64,000 nucleotides of DNA from the NCBI RefSeq assembly GCF_009914755.1, contig NC_060930.1; one strand, 5' to 3'. Position numbers and translations under genes: made by a program. Every line of letters begins with the position of its first letter. Position 1 is the stretch's first letter. Under the pieces are notes generated by a model. The model saw only the letters and a program-made list of their open reading frames with translations. It made no database searches and was not told where the DNA came from. This document shows positions 47,893-63,166 of this stretch, piece by piece. The stretch is from the human T2T-CHM13v2.0 reference genome, Homo sapiens.

Positions 47893-49039
47893 ACGGTTAA
47901 GTAATTATCAGCATAATTTTTATATAGCTAGGTGTCATAACTGTATTTTTAATTTTACCACACAATGTTATCCTTAGCTGTACCTATTAGGAAGGCTCAG
48001 TATCCAACACATTAGTAAAAAGCTAAAGTAATATTCAAAGCTGTAGAGAAACTTAACAGCAAGGATTGAGAGCATACCCTCAGACTGCTACCTTGTTCAC
48101 ATTTTTACTACCATTAATCTGATACATTGCTGTGCTCCACAGTGCTAAACACCCATCTTAATTAATCGTAGTTCTATTTAAGCATAGAAATGTCTTTTTT
48201 TGAAAGTCAGAAGTGAAGCTTCTGTTTACAAGTTTACCATATGGCAGACTGAATTATTTTTCCTACCCTACTGCTCTATAAAAGTAGAAGTAAACAGTAT
48301 TTGCAATAAAATTCAGGATTTAAAACTTTTTTATTGCTAAAATCAAGTTGCCTTCATACTATCCCTTTTGTGTGGTTATAACAGGATTTATTCCTCCTCA
48401 GCTTTCATCTCTTTACCTCTTGACCACACTATTAACTACCGAAAAAAAACCGCAGCTGTACACGTACCTAGGTTTTAAAATCATACACTGAAAAACTAAC
48501 TAAAATTACACTCCTAAATAACCTAAAACTGCTTCAAAGTTATATTCAATATTTTGAAATAAAAGCAAGCGCCCCAAGATGAGAGGTGCAAATAAATTAT
48601 AGAAAGTGTATTTTCAGGCTTTCCAACCGCGAATGCTCTTTGTTTCTAACTGGAAAGGAGGAGTTAACAGAAAATAGAACAAGAAGAAAAAGTATGACCT
48701 TAGAGACACGTCACTTTACTTTGGTTGACAGAATTTCGTATATAAAAACATCTTAAATTGTACTTCCTCCCAAGCTTAAAGTCCTTAGAATGAGAAAACC
48801 GAAAGGCGAACCCAAGGCCAGCACATTTTATTTCCGCTGTCCCAGAAGCGCGCTGGGCGCACCCGAAGCTCCGCTCCAACAGCGCCGCGCCGCGCTCTCA
48901 GCAGCGCCTCCCGCTGGCGTCTCCCCACCCCACACCCAGGTCGCCGCCTCTGGCACACCTGGACGGCCGCAGGTGACCGGCGACCCACTCCGAGGATCTG
49001 GTAGAAACCGGCCAGGAAACCACTCCCGCCCGGAGGAGC

Positions 49040-49515
49040 GAGCCACTGTCACCTGGCCCGGAGGGACGTGCCCACTGCCAACCATGGGAGAGGAACGAGC
49101 CTCTGTCACCCCTGCCGGGTCACCCTGCCCTGAGGGGCGCCCACTGTCACCCCTGCCGGGAGAGGCGTCCCCATGGTCACCCTGTCCTGAGGAGCGCCGT
49201 CGCTTTCGTCCCTCCAGGTCCCCACTGCCACTCTGGCCGGGAAGGGCGTCCACTGTTATGCCTACCAGGAGAGGCGTCCCCAGTGTCACCTTGGCCAGGA
49301 GGGACGCCCACCGTCACCCACTCCCTGAAGGGGACTCAATGTCACCCCTGCCTTGAGGGGCGCCCACTGTCACCCTGCCGGGAGAGGACACCCACTGTCA
49401 CCCCCGCCCTGAGGAGTGCCCACTGTCACCCTGCCGGGAGAGGACACCCACTGTCACCCCCGCCCTGAGGGGCGCCCACTGTCACCCCCGCCCTGAAAGG
49501 CGCCCACTGTCACCG
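49040..49515. repeat. GC-rich ~28-bp degenerate VNTR in MPC1 intron 1 (core CCCACTGTCACCC)
   Basis: About 14 GTCACC cores; units become more homogeneous towards exon 1. Confidence 0.85.
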
Positions 49516-49723
49516 GCTCTCTACGCCGTCCGCTTCGGGGTGTGGCGGTCCGGGAGGGATCCGGGTGGGGCCCCCCTGACAAGCGCACCCTCTCGCCTGG
49601 GCCCCGGCCCACCCGCTGCCCGGGGCCACCGCGTCCTCGCGGCCGCCCTCGTCGCGGACTGCACGGGTCGCAGCCTCCCGGGAGCCCCTCCGGGTTGCGG
49701 GGTTCGGCCTGCGGCGCTCGTCA

Positions 49724-49930
<207 letters not shown>

Positions 49931-50827
49931 TTACGGCCGCGCCGCGCCGCCCGGCTCTCGGCCAATGACAGGGCGCAGGGCCAGAGATGGTGGCGCGGAC
50001 TGGCTGGCTCGTGCCGCACGCCTCCTTCCCGCCCTCGGTGGCGCACGGGGGCGGGGCCCGCTGCCGTAAAACGGCTGGGGCTGGGCCGGGGCTGGCAGGC
50101 GGTTGCTAGGCTCCAGCGGCTCCCGGCCAGCGGGGACGTGGAGGTGACATCTCTCTGACCCACAGGACTGTGGGCGCCCTGCCGAGCGTCGCGCGGTCTT
50201 GGGGCGACCTGCAGTGGGGCCCCTGCGGCGCAGCGCGCGGTGGGACTGGCCGGGTTCCCGCGGCGCCCAGGGCCTGTGTCTGCGCCGGTTCCTGGCAAGG
50301 GCACCTTGGCCGGGCGGCCCGCGTCCCCTGCGCTTCCCACATCCACGTGGGCGGACCCGGCCCGCAAGCTGGGCCAGCCTGCGGTTTCCGGGCACTGGGG
50401 AGTGCGCAGAGCCCCGGGCCAGCGACCGCAGCCGGGGCCCCTGGCTTCTCCCGAGCACTTTCCCCCGGACCGGTCCCTCCAGGGTGGCGGGCGGCACCCA
50501 GGGCCGGCGCTCCTCACCAACGCGCTGCAGCTACGGGCTCAGGAGGGAGCCGCAGCGTCGGAGGAGGAAAGCATTTAAGAATAGCACAAAGCCTTAGGCT
50601 CGAGGAAGCGTGACTGCTTACGTGTTGAAAATAAAGGTTCTGTAAGTCCCACCGCGGGTGCATATTGAAAAGAAAGGGATCATTAGCACGCGACCCTCGC
50701 CTAGGAGTATATAAACCGCAGCACGACTTTCGGATCACAAAGGCAGAGAAAAGAACACATTGAAGGCTTTTGCTCACTTTTCCAAGTTGTTTCGTTTCGT
50801 TTTGTTTCTAATGTGGACGATCATTTA

Positions 50828-51591
<764 letters not shown>

Positions 51592-52063
51592 TCATGTGTA
51601 CAGCATTGTTTTTAGTATGGAAAGATTAGAGTTTACATATCTACCCATAGGGAGAGAGTTAAATAAATTATGGTGCATCCGTTTAGTGGATTAGTATACA
51701 GCCATTAGGAATAAAGGAATTCTTTATGTGCTGATATGAAATATCTTTTTTATTTTCAAGAAAAAAACCCAGGTTCTGAATAGTGTATAAAGTATGCTAC
51801 TCATTGTGCATAGGGACAAAGAAAATATATACATTCATGTTTGCAAAGATACTGGAGAAATGTTAGTAGTGGCTGCCTCTAAGGATGACCAAGAGTGACA
51901 CTGACTTTCATTGTATCTTCCTTTGTTCTTTTTGAAATTTGTACAGTCTACATATGCTATCTATTCAAAATAAGTGGTGTTAAGAAGAAATGCCTTTGAG
52001 AATGAAAATGGTAAGCCCTTGATTGAGTGGGGTTCATTTTCTGTTAGGATCGTGGTCTCTATT

Positions 52064-52081
52064 GGTCACAGCTGACCTTGA
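52064..52081. promoter_or_regulatory. Candidate ERR response element (TGACCTTGA) overlapping a GGTCA-n4-TGACC inverted repeat, ~2.2 kb upstream of MPC1
   Basis: Exact TCAAGGTCA on the minus strand at 52073-52081. Confidence 0.5.
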
Positions 52082-53985
52082 TCGTCACTGAAAGTGTATC
52101 TCATTACACAATATTGCAGTCTTGAACACCAGGAAGGTTGTTCTGTTCCACATGAACATGCTTCATGATGGGGTTAGGAATGTACAACCTGTGAAAAGTG
52201 AGGGAGTCTTGATTATTAATAATAATATTATTAATAGCTACCTTTTCTTGATCATTAGGCACTATTTGTACATTATTTCTCCTTCTCACATCAACCCAGA
52301 AGGTAGGTATAAGGAAACTGAGTGGCTTCTTGAATGAAGCCAAACTGCTCTGCAAGATTGGTGGAAAAGGAGACTCTCCATGTGCTAACAGGTTCCTGGA
52401 TCTCATAGCTGCTCTGTCTTAGCCCTTAATATGTTTCTTTTCCTCATGGATAGTGGTTCTGAAACCTGAGCTGTCAGAAGAATCCTTGGCAGATTCCTAG
52501 ATCCCAGCCTCAGACTCAGAAGGTCTGGAGTTGGGGCTGAAAGCTGCGTGGCTAATGGGCACTGCAGGTGACTCTGAGGCTGCTGGTCAGTGTCCAGCAC
52601 TTGGAGAAACTCTACTGAGGGCACCTGCCCCTAATGCACTGTTGCCACCACTGGGCTGGGGTCAAGAGGCTTTACTTCCCACATTTGGGCCTCAATTGGG
52701 ACCTCTGAGCTTTCCACTAGTTTCCGTTCCATGAAGGAGTACAAATTGGAGTATGTAAAGACAAAAGACATACGTAAGTGGATAATTTGGGTTTGAACTA
52801 AGTTCTCTGCGACTCTCAAAGCCATACTTCCCCCATGTTGCCACAAAAAGTATTTGTTTCATGTTGCCATGTATCTCTTACTTCAAATATGAAGCAGGAA
52901 TGTGATCTAAAGCATAAGAACATAGCAATAGATAGACCCATGTACATGATTTCGTAAAACTTTAGAAAGGCCAGTCCTACATGGTTTGTCCATATTTGGA
53001 CGGTGTGTGGAAGGCACAAATGAAAGCATCACTGGCTATTCTGAACCCCAGGTTTGTGGAAGTGAGTGTAAAGGCCCAGCAGTGAGCCCCAATCTCACCT
53101 GCCCATCAAAGTTCAGAAACGACAATCAGAATAGGCCGCACTTGGCGCTTCCCTGTAGACACAGGATCTGTGAGTTTGGACAGATTTCTGGTCAGTTTGG
53201 AAGGAAGCTGGCCTCTGTTAACAGAGCACCCCTTATGGGTCAGTGTTGTGCAGGCAGTCCACATACACTGTGTGTATGCGATGACAGTGCGTCTGCTTGT
53301 AGAAGGGGCTGGGTCCCCTCTGCAGAGCCTCCGCATGGGGCTGCATGACTGGTTCCGGCCGACTTGCTGGGGAGCGCACAGCCTGTCCACAAAGGGAATC
53401 TTCATCCTTCCTGATCTGTAGAGCCATTTGCAATGCGTGATGGCAACTGCTTAACTTCAGTTTTCGTCCCTGGGCCAGAGATTTCTGTGCCCTGGGATAA
53501 TAAACGTATTATCTAAAGAGCTTTTATTTCTTTCTAGAGAATAAGGAAAATGATACTCTGCAGAATTTCTATTTCTTTTGTAATTATCTCAGGGGAAGGT
53601 AGTTATTAAGTGTTCACTGATTAGGATTAATGTTTCCAATTTTTGTCAAGAACAGAATGTATGTATTACTAATTTAACCATAATTTCAATCAAAACTGTG
53701 TCATTAAAAATGTTGGCAGTCATGCATTTCCTGCATGGTTATGAATTTTTTCATGTATCTATAGTATTTTTCTAACAGTCTAATTTTAATTCATTCACTT
53801 TCTCACGAAAATGTATTTTTTTTCCATTTCAGCATGTAGTACTTGTGTTACCTTTTCACGAGGCCCACACTCCTCCAAGGAGGCTGCTGATTGTCTCTAA
53901 ACTGATTACCTCCATTTGTTCTTTCCTTGATCTTACAGTGTCCATCAGCTTCCTATGATTGAAGAAAAGCTTCCACTTGTAATAA

Positions 53986-54340
<355 letters not shown>

Positions 54341-55369
54341 AGCGGAGTCGTTCTGTGAGTGAAAACACTGAATTCCACCGGTTCCTGATCATATTGCCTT
54401 TATTTCATTCATTCATTCATTCTGGAAATGGGGATAAATAGCCCGTTTGTCTTTCCTGCAGGTTTGTTACGATGGTGAAGGCAATTTAGAAGGAACTATT
54501 TAGTGGAGGATAAAAGTGTTTTGTAAATGTTAAGATGCATTGTTTTGTTTCTGTCCTGCTGCCCAATTTTCTCTCAGCCCAACACCTGCCTCTATTTGGT
54601 TCTTAGGTTACACATTAATTCCATTTGCTTAGTAATTTAAAGAATGTACTGTAGTACACCAATAAGCTAACAAACTCGGGCCCTTGACCCCAAGTCACCA
54701 GTGTCACCTAGATTCAAAAACCAATATAACGAGTCAAGTATGAATGCACAATATTTTAGCTAAGCCCTTCCTGTCCCACCTCTAATGAATCCACATGCTG
54801 CCCCAGGGCTTGGTACATGCTGTTAAGTAAGCAGCTTTGCTCCCTCCTGCTCCCTGTTTTTGTCTTAGGTTGGTTTCAGTCCTTCCACTGTGGATGGAGA
54901 AGTCACAAAGAAATGGTTTTGCAGGCAAGGAATCTTTACTCTGTTTAGCAACTCAGTAACTTGCTAGCAAATAAATGGCAAAGGGTCAAAGGAAGTGGAA
55001 ACATCACTATTTTGCAATCCCTATTGAAATGAGGGATTCAAGCAGCAATCATCAATAGAAGCCAAAATCCTCCTTTGACGGGAACTGGATAATCCCAAGT
55101 GCTGGACTGTCGCCCACAGATTCTCCGCTGCTGGTCATGAGGGGAAAAGTGCTCAACATACTATACAGGCAGCTTACCCAACCCCTCTGTCCCCAGGAGC
55201 TGGGAGCAGGGAGAAATAGTGAGGAGGTTTTCATGGTCAAATGTATTTAGGAGACTTATTTGAATCAGGCAATTACTTAATTTCTGCAGCTCTTCTGAGA
55301 GCCTTTACTAAGCTATGTGAATTGTGATACCGCAAGAGGAACTCTCACCAGGTAGCATTTCCCAAATTT

Positions 55370-55652
55370 TTATTGAGACAGAGTCTCACTCTGTCACCCA
55401 GGATGGAGTGCAATAGCGTGATCTCAGCTCACTGCAATCTGCTTCCCAGGTTCAAGTGATTGTCATGCCTCAGCCTCCCAAGTAGCTGGGATTACAGGCC
55501 TGTGCCACTATGCTCAGCTACTTTTTGTATTTTTAGTAGAGACAGGGTTTCACCATGTTGGCTGGTCTGGTCTCGAACTCCTGGTCTCAAGTGATCCACC
55601 TGTCTCGGCTTCCCAAAGTGCTGGGATTAGAGACGTGAGCCACTGCGCCTGG
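55370..55652 (-). mobile_element. AluS
   Basis: Reverse Alu dimer. Confidence 0.85.
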
Positions 55653-56842
55653 TCCTCCCAAACTTCTTTGAACATAGAGCCCGTTTGGAAGGTGGATTTG
55701 TGGGACTAAGCCTCCCAGGGGCTCCGGCGGCTGTACGCCCTGATGGCTGTGCACCCCGACCGCTGTGCACCACGACAGCTTCCATGCCTTCCAAGCTGGG
55801 GGGTGCCATGGGAGGGCTCAGAGCCTCACCCCAGGCTGGATGAGCTCGACTGCTTTGTAGCTGCCTGTATGTGGCAAGTAACTAACACTCCCTAGGCCTC
55901 AATTTTTTAATCTATAAAATGAAAGCAGTAAATGTCACATCATATAAGTTGTTGAGTATTTATGAGAATTAAAAGGAATAATCGCCATAAAAGGCCTGAT
56001 ACTGCCAATCATATATTGGACAAATATGAATTTCCCTTTTTCCCTTTATTCTACTTTATGGCAACTCCTACCTACTATTCTCTTTCTTTTGCTACTAAGC
56101 AGACATATGGGTTTGTTTGTTTGTTTTATCAGGGAGAGGTTCTAAATGTTGTACCCTTTAACCCTCAAAGCATTATCTATTCTCTTAGAGGGTAAAGGGC
56201 AGAGATGTTATCCCTATTGGTTTCTAACCTTGGAGAAGGTCAGAAACGTCATGAGCTCTCTCTAGATCCTCTTATCTGCTTCTCTTACACAATCGTTTGG
56301 TTCTGTGTGTGGTGAAAACTGAATTGGGGGAAAATCAGATCGGCAGAAACCAAATGTTGAACCAACTGGTGAATAGAGAAATACAGATTAAGTATCCCTA
56401 CAATGGAATATTATTCAGCAATAGAAAGAAATGAAGTATGGACCCATGCATGGAAGGATGCAGGGGTGTTTCCTACAGCATAGAAGGACCTTGAAAACAC
56501 AGGGCTAAGTGAGAGGAGCCGGACAGGAAGGATCATGTATTGTGTGGTCTGCTCATGTATGATCTGCTCACATATTGTATGATCTGCTTACATGAAATGC
56601 CCAAGGTAGGCAAATCCAGAGTCAGGAAATAGGTCGGTGGTTGCCAGGGACAGGGACTTTTGGGGGAAAATAGAGAGTGACTGTTAACAGGGACCTGCTT
56701 TCTTCTAGGGTGATGAAAATGGTCTAACATTGATTGTAGTGAGGGTTGTGCAGCTCTGTGAATATGCTAAAGAACCATCGAATTGGACACTTTAAATGGG
56801 TGCAAATTATATTCCAATAAACTATCTGTAGAAACTTAAGAG

Positions 56843-57155
56843 TTTATTATTATTATTATTTTGAGACGGAGTCTTGGTCTGTCGCCCAGGCCGGAGTGCA
56901 GTGGCGTGATCTCAGCTAACTGCAACCTCCGCCTCCTGGGTTCAAGCGATTCTCCTGCCTCAGCCTCCTGAGTAGCTAGGACTACAGGTGCATGCAACCA
57001 TGCCCGGCTAATTTTTTTTTTTTTTTTTGTATTTTTAGTAGAGGCGGGGTTTCACCGTGTTAGCCACGATGGTCTCAATCTCCTGACCTTGTGATCCGCC
57101 TGCCTCGGCCTCAGAAAGTGCTGGGATTACAGGCTTGCGCCACCACGCCCGGCCC
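56843..57155 (-). mobile_element. AluSc-like
   Basis: Reverse Alu with (TTA)n tail; flanking AAACTTAA duplication. Confidence 0.88.
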
Positions 57156-57873
57156 AAAACTTAACAGTTTTAAAAAACCTTTAAAAAGATACATAGAAAG
57201 AGAGCAAACAAAACAATCCCCCTCCCCCCACCACCAAAGTCTTTTGTCTTAATCAGCGCACTAATTCTTTGGGTAAGTAAAGGGAAGAGAGCTTTTATCT
57301 GTATGAACTATTTCAGCTAGCCCTGGTGATGAAGGAAAGCTCTTCTTTTCAGAGTAATTCCAGATAATAAATGTGAAAGAATAGTAGAATGAAAAGAACA
57401 CCACTTTGCCATCCCAAGTGAAGTTACTGCTTCAGACAAAAATCATTGAGGGATGCTGAAAGCATTCAGTCCATGGTTAATAGAAATGCAGACAGGCACC
57501 AGGCAGTTGGTATAATGCCCGGGGTGATTTGTTGGTCCTCAAGGGGAAAATGCAGATTCACAAGGAGGGATCCACTGGACCTTAGCCTCACTAAGGGAAG
57601 GGGGCCAGCTCCAGGTGCCAGCCGGGAGGATGTTGTGAAGCCAGCAGCCCCACTGAGGGGTATTCCTGTGGGAAATCTTGAGCCTGAATCTAATCAAATC
57701 TTTAACTCTATCCTTCAGTTTACAGGAAATAAATGAGAAATAACAGAAACTAGTGAAAGCAAACTATGGGAAAGTAACCTAACCTATCCAGCCAGTGGAA
57801 CATTTGATGGGACCACTGAGCCCCTGTCTCCACCCACCATTGGTAGGAAGAGCAGGGGGCTCTGAATCCTTAT

Positions 57874-58386
57874 TGTAAGTAGGGGAGGAAAGGTGTGATG
57901 CTTTCCCCCCACTCATCATTAGGGTCATGGCCAACACCTCGTAACAAAAGACACGTTAACAAGAGAAAAGCCTCACAAATGCACGCAACCAAAGTTTTAT
58001 GTGATACAGGAGCTTTCAGAAATAAAGACCCAAAGATCTGGGGACACTGTATTTTTATGCTTAGGTTTGATGGAGAAAGGATAGCCAGTAGAGATGTGAT
58101 GGAACGTAAGGGTAACGGTCATAAACTGAGTGGGGAACCCCAGCAAGGTGTGTGTGTCAGATTTTTCAGGACCTCCTTCCTCCTGGGTATTGGGCAGGAC
58201 CCCTCTGGAATAAGGGTCTTCAACGGAGAAGGGAGAGAGGGACCATTCCAGGTTTTATGGCTTGCTTTGCAGGAAAGAGAGGGCCATGAGACAGGAGGAC
58301 CTTGTTTCTGGGCCCTTCCAATCTCCTTTAAAGTTCCCAGCATGCAAAAGTGCATACTTTGAAGCATCAGGTTCTGAGCCCAAATA
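57874..58386 (-). mobile_element. MER4-group ERV1 solo LTR (MER31/MER39-like)
   Basis: Minus-strand start ...GGGCTCAGAACCTGATGCTTCAAAGTATG; internal GTTAACAAGAGAAAAGC motif. Confidence 0.5.
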
Positions 58387-58970
58387 TGTCCAACAGGATT
58401 ATAATGGGAGCCACGCTGGAACTTCACGTTTTTAGTAGACACATTAAACATGTTTTTAAAAGGTCAAATTGATTTTAATGATATATTCTATTTAGCCCAC
58501 TATATCCAAAATATTATTGCACCATGTCATCAATATAGAAGTTATTATTGAAATATTTTCTTTTCCTCTTTTCGTGCTAAGTTTTCAAAACCTGATGTGC
58601 ATTTTGCAATTATGATTCATCTCAATTCAGGTGCTAAATTTCATTGGCAATACTTGATCTATATTTGAATTTCAAAAATTACAGGTTTTAAAAGTATATC
58701 AGATACCCAAGTTGTTCCAGATATACTGAAAAGTTTTCCAAAGCTGAATTGACTGCCAAAAAATTATGTTCATTTAACATTTATATTCACCTTGACAAAA
58801 TGGGTTCATCTTTGTAAGAACTGATTCACTTTGAAGCAAAAACATCCCTTTCAAAGCTACATCACTTCAAGTTACCTCAGTTCACCTACTTGTTTCAATT
58901 GAGTTGTAATAACATTGAATTAAAAAGTGACTGCATAAATCAAAAAACATGTCTTAGATTTTGGGGTGTA

Positions 58971-59334
<364 letters not shown>

Positions 59335-59558
59335 TAATGTTAGAAACAATCTGTAAAATCATTATTATTGACTTGTATTCCAGCATTTTCAATTGCCAAT
59401 AAATCCTCCTATCTACCTGGGTGACATGAAGCTTTTAAATCAGCTCTTCCATCTGCCATGTGACATTGGTGAGAAAATGAATCACTGCTGTGTGTTTTGA
59501 TTCTTGAGTATTTGGGAACCTTTCCCTTTATTTTAGGAAATTCTTGAGCTAGAGTTAA

Positions 59559-60837
59559 CTCCTGGCTCAGGAGTGAAGCTGCAGACTTTCACGGTGAGTG
59601 TCACAGCTCTTAAGGTGGCGTGTCTGGAGTTGTTCGCTCTTCCTGGTGGGTCCGTGTCCGTGGGGCTCGCTGGCTTCAGGAGTGAAGCTGCAAACCTTCG
59701 CGGTGAGTGTTACAGCTCATAAAGGCAGTGTGGACTTAAAGAGTGAGCAGTAGCAAGGTTTATTGGAAAGAGCAAAAGAACAAAGCTTCTACAGTGTGGA
59801 AGGGGACCTGAGCGGGTTGCCACTGCTGGCTCGGGCAGCCTGCTTTTATTCTCTTATCTGGCCTTACCCACATCCTGCTGATTGGTCCATTTTACAGAGA
59901 GCGGAGTGGTCTGTTTTGACAGGGTGCTGATTGGTGCGTTTACAATCCTTGAGCTAGACACAAAGGTTCTCCACCTCCCCACTGGATTAGCTAGATACAG
60001 AGTGTCCGACACAAAGGTTCTCCAAGTCCTTACTAGAGTAGCTAGATACAGTGTGGATTGGTGCATTCACAAACCTTGAGCTAGACACAGGGTGCTGATT
60101 GGTGTGTTTACAAACCTTGAGCCAGATACAGAGTGCCAATTGGTGTATTTACAATCCTTTAGCTAGACATAAAGCTTCTCCAAGTCCTCACTAGTCAGGA
60201 GCCCAGCTGGCTTCACTTAGTGGATCCTGCACTGGGGCCGCAGGTGGAGCTGCCTGCCAGTCCCGCGCCCTGCGCCTGCACTTATCAGCCCTTGGGTGGT
60301 CGACGGGACTGGGCGCCGTGGAGCAGGGGGCGGCGCTCATCAGGGAGGCTCGGGCCACACGGGAGCCTACGGGGGCCGGGGGAGGCTCAGGCATGGCGGG
60401 CTGCAGGTCCTGAGCTCTGCCCCGCGGGGAGGCAGCTAAGGCCCGGCGAGAAATCGAGCGCAGCGCCGGTGGGCCGGCACTGCTGGGGGACTTAGCACAC
60501 CTTCCGCAGCCGCTGGCCTGGGTGCTAAGCCTCATTGCCTGGGGCCGGCAGGGCGGGCCGCTCCGAGTGCAGGGCCCGCCGAGCCTACACCTACCTGGAA
60601 CCTGCGCTGGCCTGCAAGCACTGCGCGCAGCCCGGGTTCCCGCCCGCGCCTCGCCCTCCACACCTCCTCGCAAGCTGAGGGAGCCGGCTCCGGCCTCGGC
60701 CAGCCCAGGAAGGGGCTCCTGCGGTGCAGCGGCGGGCTGAAGGGCTCCTCAAGTGCCGCCAAAGTGGGAGCCTGGGCAGAGGAGGCGCCGAGAGCGAGCG
60801 AGGGCTGTGAGGACTGCCAGCACGCTGTCACCTCTCA
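59559..60837 (-). mobile_element. LTR12 (ERV9) solo LTR, 3'/U5 end truncated
   Basis: Minus strand starts TGAGAGGTGACAGCGTGCTGGCAG. CpG-rich U3, tandem CCAAT enhancer repeats (59880-60190), ATAAGAGAATAAAAGCAGG TATA-like box at ~59845, U5 repeats CAGCTTCACTCCTGA. Confidence 0.92.
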
Positions 60838-60885
60838 GTGGCATTCACTCGCATGTACTGAACTATTTAAAAAACTGTCCATGGG

Positions 60886-61275
60886 GAAGAGATGGGGCAA
60901 GACGGCCGAATAGAAGCCTCCACTGATTGTCTTCCTCACAGAAACACCAAATTTGACAACTGTCTACTCAAAAAACACCTCTATATGAACCGAAAATCAG
61001 GTGAGTATTCACAATACCTGGTTTTAAGTTTATATTGGTAAAAAAGTAGGAAAGACAGCTTTGAATTGTCTACACCGCTCTTCCCCTATCCCCTGGCAGC
61101 TGCCCTGTGGTTCAGAGAGAATCTGTGTGCTTGGGAAAGTACAGTATCTGTGGGACTTTGCTTTGGAACACCGCACTGCCAACACCAGGTAGAATTCAGC
61201 TGATACCCAGGGAGGGAGCACCTAGACCAGCCCTAGCAGAGGGCTATCGCCCATCCCAGTGGTTGGAACTTGAGT
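60886..61275 (+). mobile_element. Old L1 5'UTR fragment
   Basis: GGCAAGACGGCCGAATAGAAGCCTCC start, typical of L1PB/L1M 5' ends. Confidence 0.55.
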
Positions 61276-61931
61276 GGAAAACTTTGCATTCTCAGGGTGT
61301 TGTCCAGGCCTCTCTGGACCCATTTCTAAATGTGATATGAGAGAGGGAGTGAGTAGCCTGCTGAAGTGTGGCATAGTTGAGGTGAATGCGCTATATAACA
61401 CAATTACATAGATTAGCCAGAAACATTAAACTGCAGAATAAGATCTGTCTATTCTTCAGAAACCTTTCACCCACAGAATGGTTTAAAGTTTGACTGTGTT
61501 GAATTTGTTTGCTTGACCTCAAAGAGACTTCCACGTGGACAGCTGTGATGAGACTGGACGTAGTCCTAGCAAGTCTGAAAGCTAGTATTTGTGTGCCTCT
61601 ATGCCTTGGCCTGACTCCACTCTTACAGGGAGCAGGTGCAGCTTAGCAGCCTCCCCTGTCGATCAGGCAAAGTTTGGTGTCCTTGGATCATTCAGCAGAA
61701 GGGGACATTGCCTGCAATAGTAACGAGATACTGTCAACAAGTCCCCAGAAGGAGAGAGGGAACTGGGGCTGGCTGGGCACTGGCTCTGTTCCATTCGTTT
61801 CACAGCTCCCTAGCCCTGACATCTCTCAGGAGGAGGAAGAAGTTTGCCTTCACTGCATGTCACGTTTCAAGTCATCAAGCTCCTAAGATGCTGATTTGTC
61901 CCCACACAGTTCATAATGGCTGGAGCCACAA

Positions 61932-62230
61932 TTTTTTTTTTTTCTAGACGGAGTCTCGCACTGTCACCCGGGCTGGAATACAATGGTGTGATCTTGGCTC
62001 ACTGCAACCTCCGCCTCCCGGTTCAAGCGATTCTCCTGCCTCAGCCTCCCGAGTAGCTGAGATTACAGGTGCCCGCCACCATGCCTGGCTAATTTTTTTT
62101 TTTTTGTCTTTTTAGTAGACACGGGGTTTCACTATGTTGGCCAGGCTGGTCTCGAACTCCAGACCTCGTGATCTGCCCACCTCAGCCTCCCAAAGTGCTG
62201 GGATTACAGGCATGAGCCCCCACGCCCAGC
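61932..62230 (-). mobile_element. AluS
   Basis: Reverse Alu dimer. Confidence 0.88.
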
Positions 62231-63166
62231 TGGATCCACAGTTTTAACCTGTGACTGCCGAAGTGTATACATTTTTCTACTTTCATGCCCTGCCAGTCCT
62301 GTGTGTGGAAATTCAAGTTTTCCAGTGGTTTTTTGAGGTGGGAGAGGTGGGAGCAAGAGGAGGAGGAAGTTTTTCCTAAGAAGTCCAGCTCAGCTCAGAC
62401 CTTTCATGTGGCTCACACGCGTGTCTGTGTTTTCTCACTCATGGCCAATCGCGCCGCCTTTCATCCAGCCCACAGCCCTGCCAAGGGCCTGCCCGTTGCC
62501 TGAGTGTATCTGGAGTTCAAGAAAACACAAACAGATAAGCCATCTGCAGTGCTCACATTCCAACTGGAGAAATAGGCTAAAAGAGAGGGAGGTGGGTGGG
62601 GGAAGAAAGGGAGGGAGAGAGAGAGAATTACTGCATCCAAAATTATGCTAATGACAGAAGGGCCAGTGGCAGAGAGCTGGGAGGGAGCCGACCTTTGATG
62701 GTGGGTGAGGTCGCTCTTGTGGACAGGATAATCAGGGCACCTCTCTGAGGAGGTGACATCTAAATCAGGAGCAGAGGCAGAGGCATGGGAAAGGTGCTCC
62801 AGGCAGAGGAGGCAGCAGAACAAAGGGCCCCGCATGTCCTAGTAGCCTCAGGGAGGGAGGCTAGTATGAGGGTTCGGCTAAAACTTGAGCTTGGAGCAAC
62901 TCTGTCACCTGCAAGGACAAGGAAGCTTGAAGCGTCTGCATGGTGGAGGCACCAGCATCCACGACCAGCTCCAATATGGGAACCACATGGTCAGCCTCTG
63001 AGATTTTGGAAAATCATGCCCTTTAGGCAAACAGCTGTTTTCTTTTTGAGAAATGTATTTCTCCTGGGCCCTGGAAGACTAAATGCCTGGTCCGGGGACC
63101 CCAGTGTCCTGCCTGCCCTTCACAAAATGCTGCTCTCGGACTCGCCCAGCCAACGAGCTGATGTAC

